A DNA stretch of 64,000 nucleotides. Source: Albugo candida. Its lineage: Eukaryota. The DNA is taken from assembly GCA_040437565.1 (NCBI GenBank), contig JBDOQK010000022.1, positions 248,001-312,000 of the forward strand, in the 5' to 3' direction. This document shows positions 13,801 through 27,563 of this stretch, in pieces; within the stretch, counting starts at the first letter, position 1, and each line of letters begins with the position of its first letter. Both the position numbers and the translations under genes were made by a program. The notes under the pieces were generated by a model. The model had not been told where the DNA came from. It worked only from the letters and a program-made list of their open reading frames with translations, and did not search any database.

Positions 13801-15221
13801 CAGAAAAAATCTACTCGCAAAATCCCTCTTTCGCGATAGACGCTTCTACTATGATATGAGCTGGCCGAAATCGTTTCTGGTAAATGTGCCGGTAAATAAC
13901 TCTCCTCTTCTATATCATGTGGCATTCTCTCGGTTTAAGAGAGGATTTCCCGCTAATTGGATCTTTAGGAGAATCAAAAAAAATAATATTTCAATAAAGA
14001 TCAGTTGTCAGATGTGACCTTGCTGCTTCTCAAGTAGACTGGCTGTTTTTGCTCATATCGAGAAAACAACCTTTGAAGGATCGTAGCATTGTAAAAATCC
14101 AACTACACCGGTTTCTATTCATTGAATGGCACCAACGTCATACAATCCTGACATACATACAGTATCTTTGTCTCACAATTCCATAGAAGCAAGCTCGATC
14201 AAATGTATGCACAACGCGAAGGATACTCCAGAAATGTCCGTAATTTGTTTCGACGGCAGCGACAAGATGCCAAACAGCGAATCGAGGTACAGAAAGTCTG
14301 TAAGGGTCAGAATTCAAACTCGGGGTTAACCAAGGAGCAGTAAATATAGTAAACGGTTGATTCGTGAGCTCAGTAAACGAAAAAGCTGGCCAGAAGGGGT
14401 CTGTTGTACTTTGAAAATGGCGCTATGATTATCATGCGGAAAGATGTTTAATGTGTTGCAGAGTGAAATGCGAACGACGTATACCTTCTTTCGATTTGTA
14501 GTTAATGCAACAACTTAATCGATCAATAGGATTCTAACACTGACAGTTAATTATCTATAATCAAAGATCAAAAAGGAGACTCATCGACCGAATCGCGCAA
14601 AACATTTGTACAATGAAAACGCTGAGCGCAAATCGACAAACGAAAAACCAAAAAAAGGTACTTCTCCACGACTTAATCAATGAAGGTATTGATATTCGAG
14701 AATACGAATGTTGCGGCGGATCATGTCAGTGGAGATATCATCGACCTCTCGCATGAACGAAAATCCCTTACATCAGTCTTGACATACTTTACGTCTTATC
14801 GGCCATGACCACTACAACCTCATGAGCTTTTTTACAAACTTATAAACTTTTTTCCATGCTTATGGATTTATAATGACCATTTATGCAATCACGTCCCTTT
14901 TCAACAAGACTACATTTGTCAATCTGTTGCATGTGGTGACTACGATCACAAGCTGTACTCAAATGAATCCATGGTGCCCATGAGGTACAAAATGTAAGCC
15001 CTTGTTGCAACTGAGACATCAATCAGCGGACATATACAGTTTTCAGTAGCGTTGATATGATGGAATCAGATGTGTACGTCCAAGTTCGAACTACGAAACA
15101 ATTCGTTTTGAAGTTATAAGCTTTATTGTCGTCTTGGGTTTCTTTTAAGCTCATGAAATGTTTGCGCTGGATAGATCAGCCTAAAAAGACAGAAAAAATA
15201 TTCAATTTCAAGCTTTAGATC

Positions 15222-16111
<890 letters not shown>

Positions 16112-16203
16112 TGGGTGAAAATAGATTGGATCAGCCTTAAATAATAGCGGATGATAGAGGAAAGATGACGCTAATCATAGAATGCTGGAGCTCTATTTTG
16201 CAG

Positions 16204-16216
16204 TTCTGATTGGCTA
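16204..16216. promoter_or_regulatory. CCAAT box (TTCTGATTGGCTA) about 95 bp upstream of IDI1
   Basis: Matches the extended TGATTGGC CCAAT-type motif at a typical upstream distance. Confidence 0.45.
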
Positions 16217-16245
16217 TATCTGATCTTAATAAAGACGAAACTGCA

Positions 16246-16575
16246 TTACTGAGCTTTATTTATCACTGCCGATAGAGTTTCCTTTGCTGTGTGAATTTTT
16301 GATTGGAGATAATAGGATCCACCGGAAGATGGATCATTGGCCTTGAAATAGCGTTCAAATTGCTTCTGTACTTCTTCGGCGGTGGGAGTGCTGTTGGATG
16401 GGAAGTTTAATATTTCCCGAGCTTGCTGAAGCGGCATTTCGTTTTTCTTGCGTAGAGTAGTTTTAGCGGCCGTAGAAGCAACGTTTCCATGACTAGCATT
16501 GTGTACTGCCTGACGATACGCTTGAACGAATGCTCTTGAAATCACACCAGTGCTCATTACGATAATTTGTGCCAC
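16246..16575 (-). CDS. PAM16: Mitochondrial import motor subunit PAM16/TIM16 (J-like); 5' end lies in the gap
   Basis: ISRAFVQAYRQA...MPLQQAREILN...YFKANDPSSGGSYYLQSKIHTAKE, with no HPD motif, as typical for Pam16. Confidence 0.9.
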   Translation of the reverse strand: MAQIIVMSTGVISRAFVQAYRQAVHNASHGNVASTAAKTTLRKKNEMPLQQAREILNFPSNSTPTAEEVQKQFERYFKANDPSSGGSYYLQSKIHTAKETLSAVINKAQ

Positions 16576-17856
16576 NNNNNNNNNNNNNNNNNNNNNNNNN
16601 NNNNNNNNNNNNNNNNNNNNNNNNNNNNNNNNNNNNNNNNNNNNNNNNNNNNNNNNNNNNNNNNNNNNNNNNNNNCGCTTTATCACATAAATATACGTAT
16701 ACTAAAGCGCAATCATTCATTGTATACTAAAAGCACTTTGTTGCCGTGAAACGAGAGCTTTACCACGTGATAAATGAAAGAAGCTCTTCAACAGCTACGT
16801 GAGCATCAATTGGATCGAAATTAAAGGACAGCTACTGCGTATTCACGACGACATGAATTTGTGTCAGCATTGCCATTAAGTGTACTGATTATATCAGTAG
16901 CTACAATCTCCAATATCAACCTAGTTTTATCACCAGCATGAAGGCTTGGCGAGACAGTGGCAGATAACATGAGACATTGTAGGATCATCTTATCACTAGT
17001 CAGTCATGAATGAGGACGACCACTTCAGGCCCATCCCATGTCCAAATAGAAATAAAGGTAACCATCGAGCTTGGTGCTAGATAAAACATATGTGTTTTCG
17101 TATGCATCCAATTCCATTACATCACGAGATAGTAAGAGTATCAAGCTGCAATCGTCTTGAAAGCATTCTTGCACGTCTTTTCAGCAAATCCGTATGATGC
17201 TTTATCTGTCGTACACAGTGGCCGAGAAGTGGAAGATACTTTACCTGGTTTCCGCCATGACCAAAGAATCGCGAGCCACGTTCTGTTCCACTTTGAGGGT
17301 AAGAGACTGCTGCTTGATCATATGTTATCTGTTTTTCACAGGAGACTCGGACACTCACCGATGGCATTAACACCACTCAAAACGTCATAACGCATAATCT
17401 CCCACACTTTATACAATTCCAAAGCATATCCACCATTTCTTCATGCAGTAAAGATCTCAAGCAACTATCTCAATATCCAAGCACAGCAGTTTGCTTTCCG
17501 TGTGAGCCAGAGAGCAGTCCTTTTCCTACAGCCAAATCGTCCCAATTCTTACGCTTTCCATCTGCAAACGTGTCATTGTGGCAGTCAGCACGACAACATT
17601 TTTACATGTATTCTCTCACACAAACCCAATTCGTACGATTTCATCCATTCCTTTTGGCTCACCACAACAATCAAATCGCCCTCACACCTCTAACGACGAG
17701 GTACCGAGGCGATACCACGGATGATTTCGCATTCAATTCATCAACTTTTCGCTCTTTGTGCGCTTCTTGAAATCATTGTACTAATTTGATGTCGCACATC
17801 AAATTCCAAGCCACTTGAAAGAACTCTCTGTTCCGTCGACATGAAGTTGATACATC

Positions 17857-20800
17857 TTATCCGAAGGTGGACGCCTTGTCGTCGGAAACGTAATACGTTT
17901 TTTCTGCTGTCTTATAAAGCTTTGATGTGGCATCAACGCATCGAGAACACATTACCTGATCGGCTGCGTGAACAGCGAATTTCCAGCATCGAACGCATTT
18001 TCCAGCTTTTGGAGGTTTCACTCGAATATGCAGCGACATACCTTCCACTTCGATACTCGACCAAGATCCATCGACTTGAGCTTCCGACGTGAGCACGACA
18101 TTAGAGCAAAGAAACACATCTTCAAGCACCGCTGGATCTTCCAATGTGAGATCGGATAAAAGTGTCAGAAGCTTGGGCTCTTTGGTGAATACTTCCAATG
18201 TGCACTCTTGCTGATTACGAATATCGTTTCCATGTCGTAATTTCTCGGCGACTCGATTGATATGTGCTCGGATTTCACGGAGACACGCCCAATCGTTCGC
18301 CAAGGTTGAATTGTCCCACGAAGATGGCTGAATATGCCAGGTTTCTTCTTGTGTGAATACACTACCGACGACATCGGACGGATCACATCGTCTGTATTGG
18401 GCCATTTGATGCATCCAAATATCTTCGGCGGTATGACAAAGCATTGGAGCGATGGACCACGTAAGACTCTGAAGAGTATGATGAAGCACTGTTTGGCAAG
18501 ATCGTCGGCGTCGAGATGCAGCGGTGTCACAATATAAACGATCTTTACATGCTTCCATGTAAAATGAAGATAAATCGGATGCGACGAAGTTGGTCAGAAT
18601 CTGTTGGACGCGTTGGAATGCAAACGTTTCGTACGCGGCGGTACATTGTCCATTCACTTGGTGCAGTACGTGAAGCATGTATTTGTCGATACTCAGCATC
18701 GAATTGTACGGAATTGCATCCGCTTCGGGCTGAAAATCATTCAGATTCCCAAGCAAAAATCGAGCGGTATTCCTCACTTTGCGAACTGCTTCACTCACTT
18801 TGTGAATGATTGCGGGCCCAATAGATACGTCGCTGGTGTAATCGGTGGTAGCGACCCAATAACGGATCACATCCGCTCCATACGCTGGTATTCCTTGCTT
18901 GCTGGTGCCATTGATAAAGTCACTCGGAACGACTGTGTTTCCAAGCGATTTTGACTGTTTCCGTCCTTGCTCATCANNNNNNNNNNNNNNNNNNNNNNNN
19001 NNNNNNNNNNNNNNNNNNNNNNNNNNNNNNNNNNNNNNNNNNNNNNNNNNNNNNNNNNNNNNNNNNNNNNNNNNNNATCGAATTGTACGGAATTGCATCC
19101 GCTTCGGGCTGAAAATCATTCAGATTCCCAAGCAAAAATCGAGCGGTATTCCTCACTTTGCGAACTGCTTCACTCACTTTGTGAATGATTGCGGGCCCAA
19201 TAGATACGTCGCTGGTGTAATCGGTGGTAGCGACCCAATAACGGATCACATCCGCTCCATACGCTGGTATTCCTTGCTTGCTGGTGCCATTGATAAAGTC
19301 ACTCGGAACGACTGTGTTTCCAAGCGATTTTGACTGTTTCCGTCCTTGCTCATCAAGAACAAAACCGTGAGTGATGAGATTCTTGAATGGAGCTTGTCGT
19401 TGCATCGCAACGGAAGTGAGTAGTGAAGACTGGAACCATCCACGATGCTGATCGGATCCTTCCAAGTAGACATCAGCACATACGCGTTCCTTGTACGGCA
19501 TACCGGAAGCTAAGACGGTATACCAACTGCTACCACTATCAAACCAAACATCCAAAGTGTCATTTCCGCGGACAAATTCGTCAGCACGATGCTGATATTC
19601 TGGCGGTAGAAGCTTTTCCACAGGCAAACTCCACCAGCAATCGGATCCTTCGTTTCCTTCCGATTTGTACGTAAGCACAAGCTGTTGAAAATGGGATATG
19701 GTTTGCGCATTTATCAGAGCTTCTCCATTTCGATGGTAAAAGACCGGAATTGGTAATCCCCAAGCGCGCTGACGAGAGATACACCATTCATTCCGTGCTT
19801 TCAATGTGGCTTCAAGTCGGCGCTTCGAGTTGCTTGGATACGTTTTGACGTCGTTTTCCAAGCATTCTAATGCGATCGGATGTAATTCTTCCAATTTCGC
19901 AAACCATTGTGCAGTAGCTCTCAGAATTACTGGTTTCTTTGTTCGCCAGTCGTAAAAATAACGATGATGATAAGATGCCACCTGAATCAGTTGATTTTGA
20001 GCTTTCAACAGCTCGAGAACTTTAGCATTTCCGTCGGAAAGCACATCCAATCCCTCGAGCTCAGACCCGGCTTCAATAGTGAACCTTCCATCTTCGTCTA
20101 CAGGACACAGTATTTCTCTGGTGTCTTTACAGTATTCCATCCACGCGAGGTAATCTTCTTGACCGTGCCCAGGAGCGATATGGACAATCCCAGTCCCAAG
20201 GTCGGTGGTGACATGTTTTCCAGGAATCATCGTCGATATACTTTTCTTTAATGGCTGCTGGAACTTTGACGCAATTAAATCACTTCCACAAATGGTTGCT
20301 AACACTCGACTTCCTAAAGGTCGATCCATTGCGGTAAGAAAGCTTTCCATCAAATCGTTCGCAATCAGAATATGCTTTCCAACCATTTCAACCACTGAAT
20401 ACGTCAAATTTGGCGCCACACATAGCGCCATATTGGACGGGATGGTCCATGGTGTTGTGGTCCACACTGCACAAGCCACATGTTGTAATTCGTATTGCTT
20501 CAGTAGCGCTTTGAAAGCCGAAGAGTGAGCTTCCACAAGTGGAAAGAGAATGTACGCAGCCTGAGACGTATGATCGACATACTCCAATTCCGATTCGGCT
20601 AACGCGGTTTTTGATGAAGGAGACCAAAATACCGGTTTGAAACCACGGTATATTCGGTTTTTCGACAGCATTTCCTTCAGAATATCATATTGCCGGGCTT
20701 CATACTGTGGGTCCATTGTCGTGTATGTGTGCGATTTCCAGTCGGCTAACACTCCCCAGCGACTGAAATCCTTCTTCTGCTGTTTGATGGCTTCCAATGC

Positions 20801-21376
20801 GAGTTTCCTGGAGAATTGGCGAATGTGGAGAGGAGATAGCTCCTTACCTTTCTTTCGCTGTTCCAATGCTTTCAGCTCAATCGGTAAACCGTGACAGTCC
20901 CATCCTGGGACGTATTCCACGCAATATCCGCGCATTAGTTTATACCGAAGAATCATGTCTTTTAGTATCTTATTTAAAAAGTGGCCCATGTGCAATGATC
21001 CGTTCGCGAAGGGCGGGCCGTCATGAAGAAGGAACTTTGGTCGATTTTGGGCGCGTGTGCTCGCAAAATGGTCCAAAACTTCTGACACACACTTTTTCTG
21101 CAGCGCTACTTCACGTGCAGCTGCGTTTGCACGCATTGGGAACCGCGTACGTGGTAAAAGAAGCGTTTTCCGCAAAGTTTCCGCACATTTTTCCATTGAA
21201 AGGAAACCAATCGATTCAGACGGAATTTCAGCCAATCCGAATGAATTCAATATTACAAAATAGATTAAGCCGATATTCGTATTTGATTGGATGATATTTG
21301 ACAATGATAACGGACGAGTGAAAAGACTCCGATAACCGCTGAAAACCGCTCGTCGACCGCCGACAATCGAATTCAT
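17857..21376 (-). CDS. IARS2: Isoleucyl-tRNA synthetase, mitochondrial/bacterial type (about 1046 aa once the gap duplication is collapsed)
   Basis: HDGPPFANGSLHMGH (HIGH), PGWDCHGLPIE, WTTTPWTIPSN, WCISRQRAWGLPIP, EGSDQHRGWFQS, KQSKS (KMSKS), C-terminal CVRC...CSRC zinc finger, and an Arg/Ser-rich N-terminus resembling a transit peptide. Confidence 0.95.
18698..19355. repeat. Direct duplication 18698-18976 = 19077-19355 across a gap inside IleRS (assembly overlap)
   Basis: Identical 279-bp copies flank the gap, and collapsing them gives one continuous ORF. Confidence 0.92.
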
Positions 21377-21409
21377 TTTGCAATCGCCCGTCTATCTGCA
21401 AGTACCACA

Positions 21410-22567
21410 ATGAGCGCATTGAATTCCTCGGTGTCTCCGCTTCCGTCTGTGCTTTCAACGCCTATGAAAGCTGTAAATTGTGTCAAAGAAGCGTTTAGTC
21501 CGATGCACAATGCACAAGTGGCGACCATCGAACAAGCGCTAGAAGCCATTCGTAAGGGCGAATTGGTCATCGTCATGGACAATGAGGATCGTGAGAATGA
21601 AGGCGATCTTATTGCAGCTGCTGAATTCGCAACAGAAGAAAGACTCGCGTTCATGGTACGTCACTCAACCGGAATTGTTTGTGTCCCTATTCCCGAGCAA
21701 AGAACAATGGATTTACGGCTTCCAGCCATGGTCGATGATAACACAGAAGCCCATAAATGTAAATTTACCATAACTGTGGATCTACGTGAAGGAAATACTA
21801 CGGGAGTCTCGGCTGCAGATCGGGCTCGAACGATCCGAGCTCTGGCTGATCCTTCTATCAGCCATGATGCGTACAATCGACCCGGTCATATTTTCCCACT
21901 GAAAGCGAAAGAAGGTGGTGTGATCGCTCGTGCTGGACACACTGAAGCAGCAGTGGATCTAGCAAGACTTGCAGGTTGTCGTCCAGCAGGATACATTTGT
22001 GAAATCAATGACGATAATGGTAAAATGTTGCGAAGAGCTGATCTTCACAAATTCGCTAAAGAACATAATCTGCATCTGATAACCATCTCAGATCTGATTC
22101 GGTATCGAGTGTGTCATGAGACGTTGTTACACCCATTGAATACATCCAACTTCAAAGCGATGGAGACGCCATTTGGATCGTGGAAACTATACCAATACGA
22201 TGCGCTGGTGTGTGAGCTGGAAATTGATCTCTTAGTGCTCGGTTCTGTGGAAAAAGCCTCCAAAGTCCCGGTGTTTATCGCTGCTGGCGAAGCTCTATCG
22301 ACCACAGTTGACATGCAATGGGCTCAGAAACATATCATGTCGTCGTCAAAATTGGGTGTGATCATCTACATGCGAAAAACAGCGAATTTATTGGAAGTGA
22401 GTGGAGCGTTTATGGGCGCGCAGAGCATTTTTGGCCTCGCGATGCAAGCGATCAAGCAGCTCGACGTGCAATCCGTTATGCTTATGACGCGCACTCCGTA
22501 CCCATTCGACACTGACGGATTCGGCGTTTCTATCGACGGGTCAGAAGAGTTTCCAAAATGTATGTAA
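21410..22567 (+). CDS. ribB: 3,4-dihydroxy-2-butanone 4-phosphate synthase with a degenerate GTP-cyclohydrolase-II-like C-terminal domain (RibBX architecture)
   Basis: VMDNEDRENEGDLI, FTITVD, TTGVSAADRARTI, RPGHIFPL, RAGHTEAAVDL and YICEI are all present. The C-terminus has ETPFG, GVIIYMR and AMQAIKQLDVQSVMLMT but no zinc-binding Cys cluster. Confidence 0.92.
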   Translation: MSALNSSVSPLPSVLSTPMKAVNCVKEAFSPMHNAQVATIEQALEAIRKGELVIVMDNEDRENEGDLIAAAEFATEERLAFMVRHSTGIVCVPIPEQRTMDLRLPAMVDDNTEAHKCKFTITVDLREGNTTGVSAADRARTIRALADPSISHDAYNRPGHIFPLKAKEGGVIARAGHTEAAVDLARLAGCRPAGYICEINDDNGKMLRRADLHKFAKEHNLHLITISDLIRYRVCHETLLHPLNTSNFKAMETPFGSWKLYQYDALVCELEIDLLVLGSVEKASKVPVFIAAGEALSTTVDMQWAQKHIMSSSKLGVIIYMRKTANLLEVSGAFMGAQSIFGLAMQAIKQLDVQSVMLMTRTPYPFDTDGFGVSIDGSEEFPKCM

Positions 22568-22585
22568 TTTAAAGACGTAAACTTT

Positions 22586-23009
22586 TTATCGATTTATTGG
22601 CGGTCGACGAGGTGCAAGCGGAGAGACATAAGGTNNNNNNNNNNNNNNNNNNNNNNNNNNNNNNNNNNNNNNNNNNNNNNNNNNNNNNNNNNNNNNNNNN
22701 NNNNNNNNNNNNNNNNNNNNNNNNNNNNNNNNNNCTAGGACGAAGAGATTGAAAGTAGGATAAATACGATAATAGTGTGATACTTCAAATTCGTACCTTG
22801 AATCCGGTTAGATCAGGAACTTCGAGGTGAAGGAGCTTGTCTGGATTCATAATGTAGCGCCCACGCTTCCCATGCTTTCCTTCATTTCTACAACCTTTTC
22901 CTTTATAAAAACGACGATTTGCTCGTTTCGATGTGAGTGGTTGCAAACTAACGGCTCGACCGAATTTACTGCCGCGAGTGAGGGAGAATAAATTCGAGAC
23001 AAATCCCAT
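22586..23009 (-). CDS. MRPL41: Mitochondrial ribosomal protein mL41, two exons (acceptor site lies in the gap)
   Basis: PLTSKRANRRFYKGKG..EGKHGKRGRY..LEVPDLTGFK ends at a GT donor. After the gap, PYVSPLAPRRPPINR* (TAA at 22588-22586) completes the FKLKPYV-type motif. Confidence 0.88.
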
Positions 23010-23147
23010 TGAATGGCTAATGCGGTAGACTATTTCTGTGATTAAAATGGCCCGTCAGTAGACTATTTATGTAAATAATATATACGGTAGCTGTAGTTGT
23101 AACACGTACGGTTAGTAACGACATGTAACCGTTATCACCTTGCATTA

Positions 23148-26100
23148 ATGACATCCAATCATAATTTCCGCGATTCAAGCGCTTTGTGTCATCGCAATGC
23201 GACTCACAATTTCAATACCATTAGCAATATCCGAACCAATTCCGAAAATATCCGTATCAAGTACAATTTCACCGCTAATGCTATTGATATAAGCTCCAAT
23301 TCACTCGCTGCCCTCGCAGGGAGCGGAGGCCTGCACATTATCCAGTTGCACTCCCCTTTTGTCCCTACCATAAATATGTTTCACCATACTGGCTCCACAG
23401 TATCACATGTTAAATTCCATGGAAATTCGTCGTTAATTGCCTCTACTTCGGGTTCCTGTGTTCTCTTATACGACCTTCTTTCCTCTCGAAATCCTACCCT
23501 TGCATTTCCCTCTAATGATAATGTAACAGGTATCTCTTGGTCACCAAGCGATGAATCAGTTCTGGCAGTATGTTTACGGAATGGAAATTCAGTCCTTTGG
23601 GATGCTCGAATTGGGTCTGAAAGCCCAATTTTAAACCTTCCAGTATGTCAGCCTTCTACAGCCTCACAGGTCGAGTGGAATCCGTCCAATACACACGAAA
23701 TCGCCATTGTACAAAATGGTGGAGTAAACATCTGGGATACTCGACAGGTCCATACTCAACCGAGTGTCCGGCTCGGCGATCCCCATCAGCTCATAAATCG
23801 AATGGATTGGCATCCTCGAGCTTATCAAGTCATTACGTGTTCGGAAGATGCGCTGGTGCAATTATGGGACGTCATGCAGCCAATTTCTTCTCGCGGATGT
23901 ATTTCAATATCAAATCCTGTGACAGATATTGCGTACACACCATTTGGAAATGGGTTTCTCACAAAATCAATGGGTGAAGGCTCTTATTTACGGCTTTGGA
24001 AAATTGGGTTCCAAGACACTAATTCGTACTCTGCAAAGCAAATTCATTTTTTCATAGAAAATCGAAAAGATGTAATCGACGCCTTTGCTTGGAGGTCACT
24101 CGGAGGAAACAAATTCCAAATTGTTTCTTTGATAAATCATAATGAATTAAGTCTTCGCAATGTCGACCCTCAACACGTATTGGAATGTGACATTGATGGG
24201 AGCTATAAAGAATTGAGCTCAAGTTTTGAAGGACTCTATGCATCGCCGTCTCCAGTACAGAGCCCTGGATGGGATATATCAATACTGAAAAATGATTTAG
24301 CCTCCGTTGTGTCGGCTACAGGTTACCCGATCGCCGCTGAAGAATATAAAAGCTCGTGGCCTAATCATCCCGGTTGCATCTTGCTGGAAGATGAAACGAT
24401 AAAAAACGATTTTTTTGAACCGAGATCTTCGCTGGACGAGCATGGATCCGAATACAACCTTACTGAAGAACATCGTCTGAGCTTTAGCGATACCGATCGA
24501 GTGTCCAATTCAAGACTCGAGACACAAATGAGCACTTCGGCAAGAAGTCTTCCATGTCCGCGTATCCATGGAGCTTCATTTAGTGGGCCAAATATGCTTG
24601 TGATGTTTGACTCTCGTATAGCAATAGGCCAAAGTCGTGTGAATACGGGCAGTAATTCTTTTTGCAAGCGAAAGAATAAAAAAGCTTGTGAATCAAGTGG
24701 CGAGGAGAACAATGGCAAAAAGAAGCAAATAAACGCGAATCACGAGTACCTAGGGAGCAATTCTCTTCCTCGAACCTACGGAGAGCTACTTGTATATCGA
24801 GATGCAAGGTTTATGCGAAAGAACCAGACACTGACATCGTCTTTATCGGTGGCCGCGAATTTGGCTTCAATGGACTTGGGTGCGTCCTCAGAGCGGGGAA
24901 TCGATAACTTAATGGACTATACATTCGGAGCAGACGAAAATGATTTCATGCATACCCAGTCATGTCGTATGGTCGCTTCGACCGGCCAATTCCCTGGCAA
25001 AAATGCAGCAAGTGAGATAGCACGTACTGGTGATTTTGAGTACACTGCGTTCAAAGACTCGACGTCCAAGAAAAACGGTGATGGCGTGATGCGTTACTCT
25101 GACGATTTGTATCATAATACGCCCAGTAATCAATCAAGAAATCCATTGTTGACGTTTGATCACCACAAGACGCCGTATGGGCTGGGATCAACGCCGCAAT
25201 TCGTGCCTCGGAATCATCGTATTACTGATCGTCTTGCGCAGCAAAAGCGAGTTCTCGACGCACCGTCTTCTTCGAATTGGAGCTTATCATTGCGTGTGAC
25301 GCTAGTGGATCTGTCAAGGCTCTGTGGCGTGACTGCGGTATTGATGTATGAGACTTGCCTGAGTCCAGAGGCTTTGCTATCGCACAACAATGAGCATGTT
25401 GGTACCAGACCGCTCAAAGGGAAGAAGAAAGAGCTCCTACTGACACAATGGATCCATGACCAGCAATCTTGTCAGCGAGAAATGCCGTCGAATCCGACAC
25501 GACCAACAAGTCTGAACGGCTTCTGGCACAATGTGACAAACACATCCGTCAACTCTTCTCCGTTTGAACGTGTTTGCAGTTATAACGCACAGATAGCGAC
25601 ACTCGGAGGTCGACCAGATCTTTGCAAAGTGTGGACGCTGTTAGGATCAGTGTGTGCCGCTCCGATATACCTCTCGCTATACAAGGAAAAGTATGAACGC
25701 ACACTCAATGTGTCCGAGTCGTGGAAGCATCATCCATTTGGCTTGCCGCTTATAAATCGACTTCTTCAAATGTACGAGCAAGTCGGAGATCTTCCTTCCC
25801 TGGCTTCGCTTGTGTGTGTCCTGGAAAATGAGAACGGGATCAACAAGACCGTACCTATGCACGCATCCGTCGATCGACTGAATGAGGCATTTAGACCTGT
25901 GGATCCTATGAATGACGTGAATCGTGCAGGTGCATTGCTCCCTGTGGAAGGCTCCCATCGATCAAGCAGTTTTGGTGAGATATGGAGAAATAAACTTGCA
26001 AAACACAGCAACTCTACGTCATCTACTGGTGGCGGGCTTCCCCTTGATTCTCGATTGTTATCATCAATCGGATCGGGTGCCTCACCGACACTATCTCCAC

Positions 26101-26928
26101 ACTCGCCTTCATTTATATCGCTTCTTGCAATGAAGGAGTCTCATTTGTTGCATAATCCACCTGATCAACTGTCGAAACCCTCGGGGGCACCTACAGGTAG
26201 CTGGAAGCTGGAATTCGAAAAGCTTGAAAATCCTTTTCGTACGTGGAGTGCGGGGATACGTGAGATGTCACCTCCTCGGGTCTCTGCTCAAACTGCATTA
26301 CGACTTGCCGAGAACGCTGTTAAACCTCCAACACGGAGCAAAATTCTCACTTCAGCTCTCTCATCGAAACAAAATCAGGGCACAGTACTCCATCTAAGAC
26401 TTCAAATAATTCCCAAAAACGAAAATGAAGCGTTGATGGGAGGCGAGTTTAGTCGACATGCTATCTACAAAGGCGGTTATGCTGATGTCCTGTACCGCTA
26501 CGGAGCCATTTCACGTCGAACTGAGATTCTTAAAGAGAGAGCATTGACCAATGAAGCACATGTAGGCATCCATTTTGGCATTCTGTGCTGGCGATGTCAG
26601 ACGGTAAGATACTTGCGGCCTGCAAATAAGCTCTTCCTGACATTACTTGTAGCCCTGTCACGACTCGATATGCCGAGCTTGTCGTGACTTTGCGATACAA
26701 TGCAGCCTTTGCCAGCTCACCGTGCGTGGTCAGTCCATGTTCTGCATGAATTGCGGACACGGAGGTCATGTGGACCATATGCGCTCATGGTTTCGAGAGT
26801 GTAATTTATGTCCCACAGGCTGTGGGTGCTGGTGTCAGGATGTGACTGGAAGCTCCCCAAGCTATCCCTACTCGCAAGTCGTAGAAGAATCGAATGCGGT
26901 AGCTCACGCACGCTCCTTTTCATTTTGA
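23148..26928 (+). CDS. WDR59: GATOR2/SEA complex subunit WDR59 (Sea3/Mtc5)-like; exons 23148-26603 and 26653-26928
   Basis: N-terminal WD40 repeats (YTPFGNG), LPCPRIHGASFSG, CSYNAQIA..GRPDL..VW, WKHHPFG and YADVLYRYG. After a 49-nt GT-AG intron comes the C-terminal RING CSLC..CMNCGHGGH.DH..WF..CPTGCGCWC. Confidence 0.88.
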
Positions 26929-27563
26929 GCAATATGTCAGTTAGTCTCATAAGTATTTTCTGAGGCTTCGAGTCTCAGTTTCCTCGACATCGAGTTGTGT
27001 TTTACTTCTACACTGCATTGTATGCGCTTTCTGGGTAGACTGCGGGATCCGCTTACTTGACTATTATCATTTTGTCCTTTTCATGCGAGAAGTTCCTGGA
27101 CTACGAGATAGCTACATTGTGTCTATGATTGTCTGACGAGGGAGCCATATCGGATCTCTGATGAGTAAGAAGTCATTTTTCTTTATTTCATGAGAGTGTA
27201 TGTTGTTAATTGGAAGACGAATTGGCGGAATACATAATCCAAATAATAAAACAAAACATGTTTTATATGCGGGTGCTCCATTTGAGGTTTCATGCGCTTC
27301 CTATCAATCGAAAAATTATCACCTTTCGTGGCTATCAAAGGGATTATAAAGCCTACATTCTTCTCGATACATTTCTACGTCTATGAGCTCCTTTTTAATC
27401 GCTACATTATACTNNNNNNNNNNNNNNNNNNNNNNNNNNNNNNNNNNNNNNNNNNNNNNNNNNNNNNNNNNNNNNNNNNNNNNNNNNNNNNNNNNNNNNN
27501 NNNNNNNNNNNNNCCCTACCATTTTGATGTGCACATAATTGGGACGAGGAAAGAAGAGGAAAA

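Noticed and set aside
17500-17770. P-type ATPase-like motif (VVRDG..W.DL.VG) from a putative splice
   Set aside because: Very short, no other ATPase motifs nearby, and a competing GTAAGA donor lies inside it. Probably coincidence.
17857-21376. Split IleRS (two ORFs of 800 and 420 aa)
   Set aside because: Caused by the gap-flanking 279-bp duplication; collapsing it gives one ORF.
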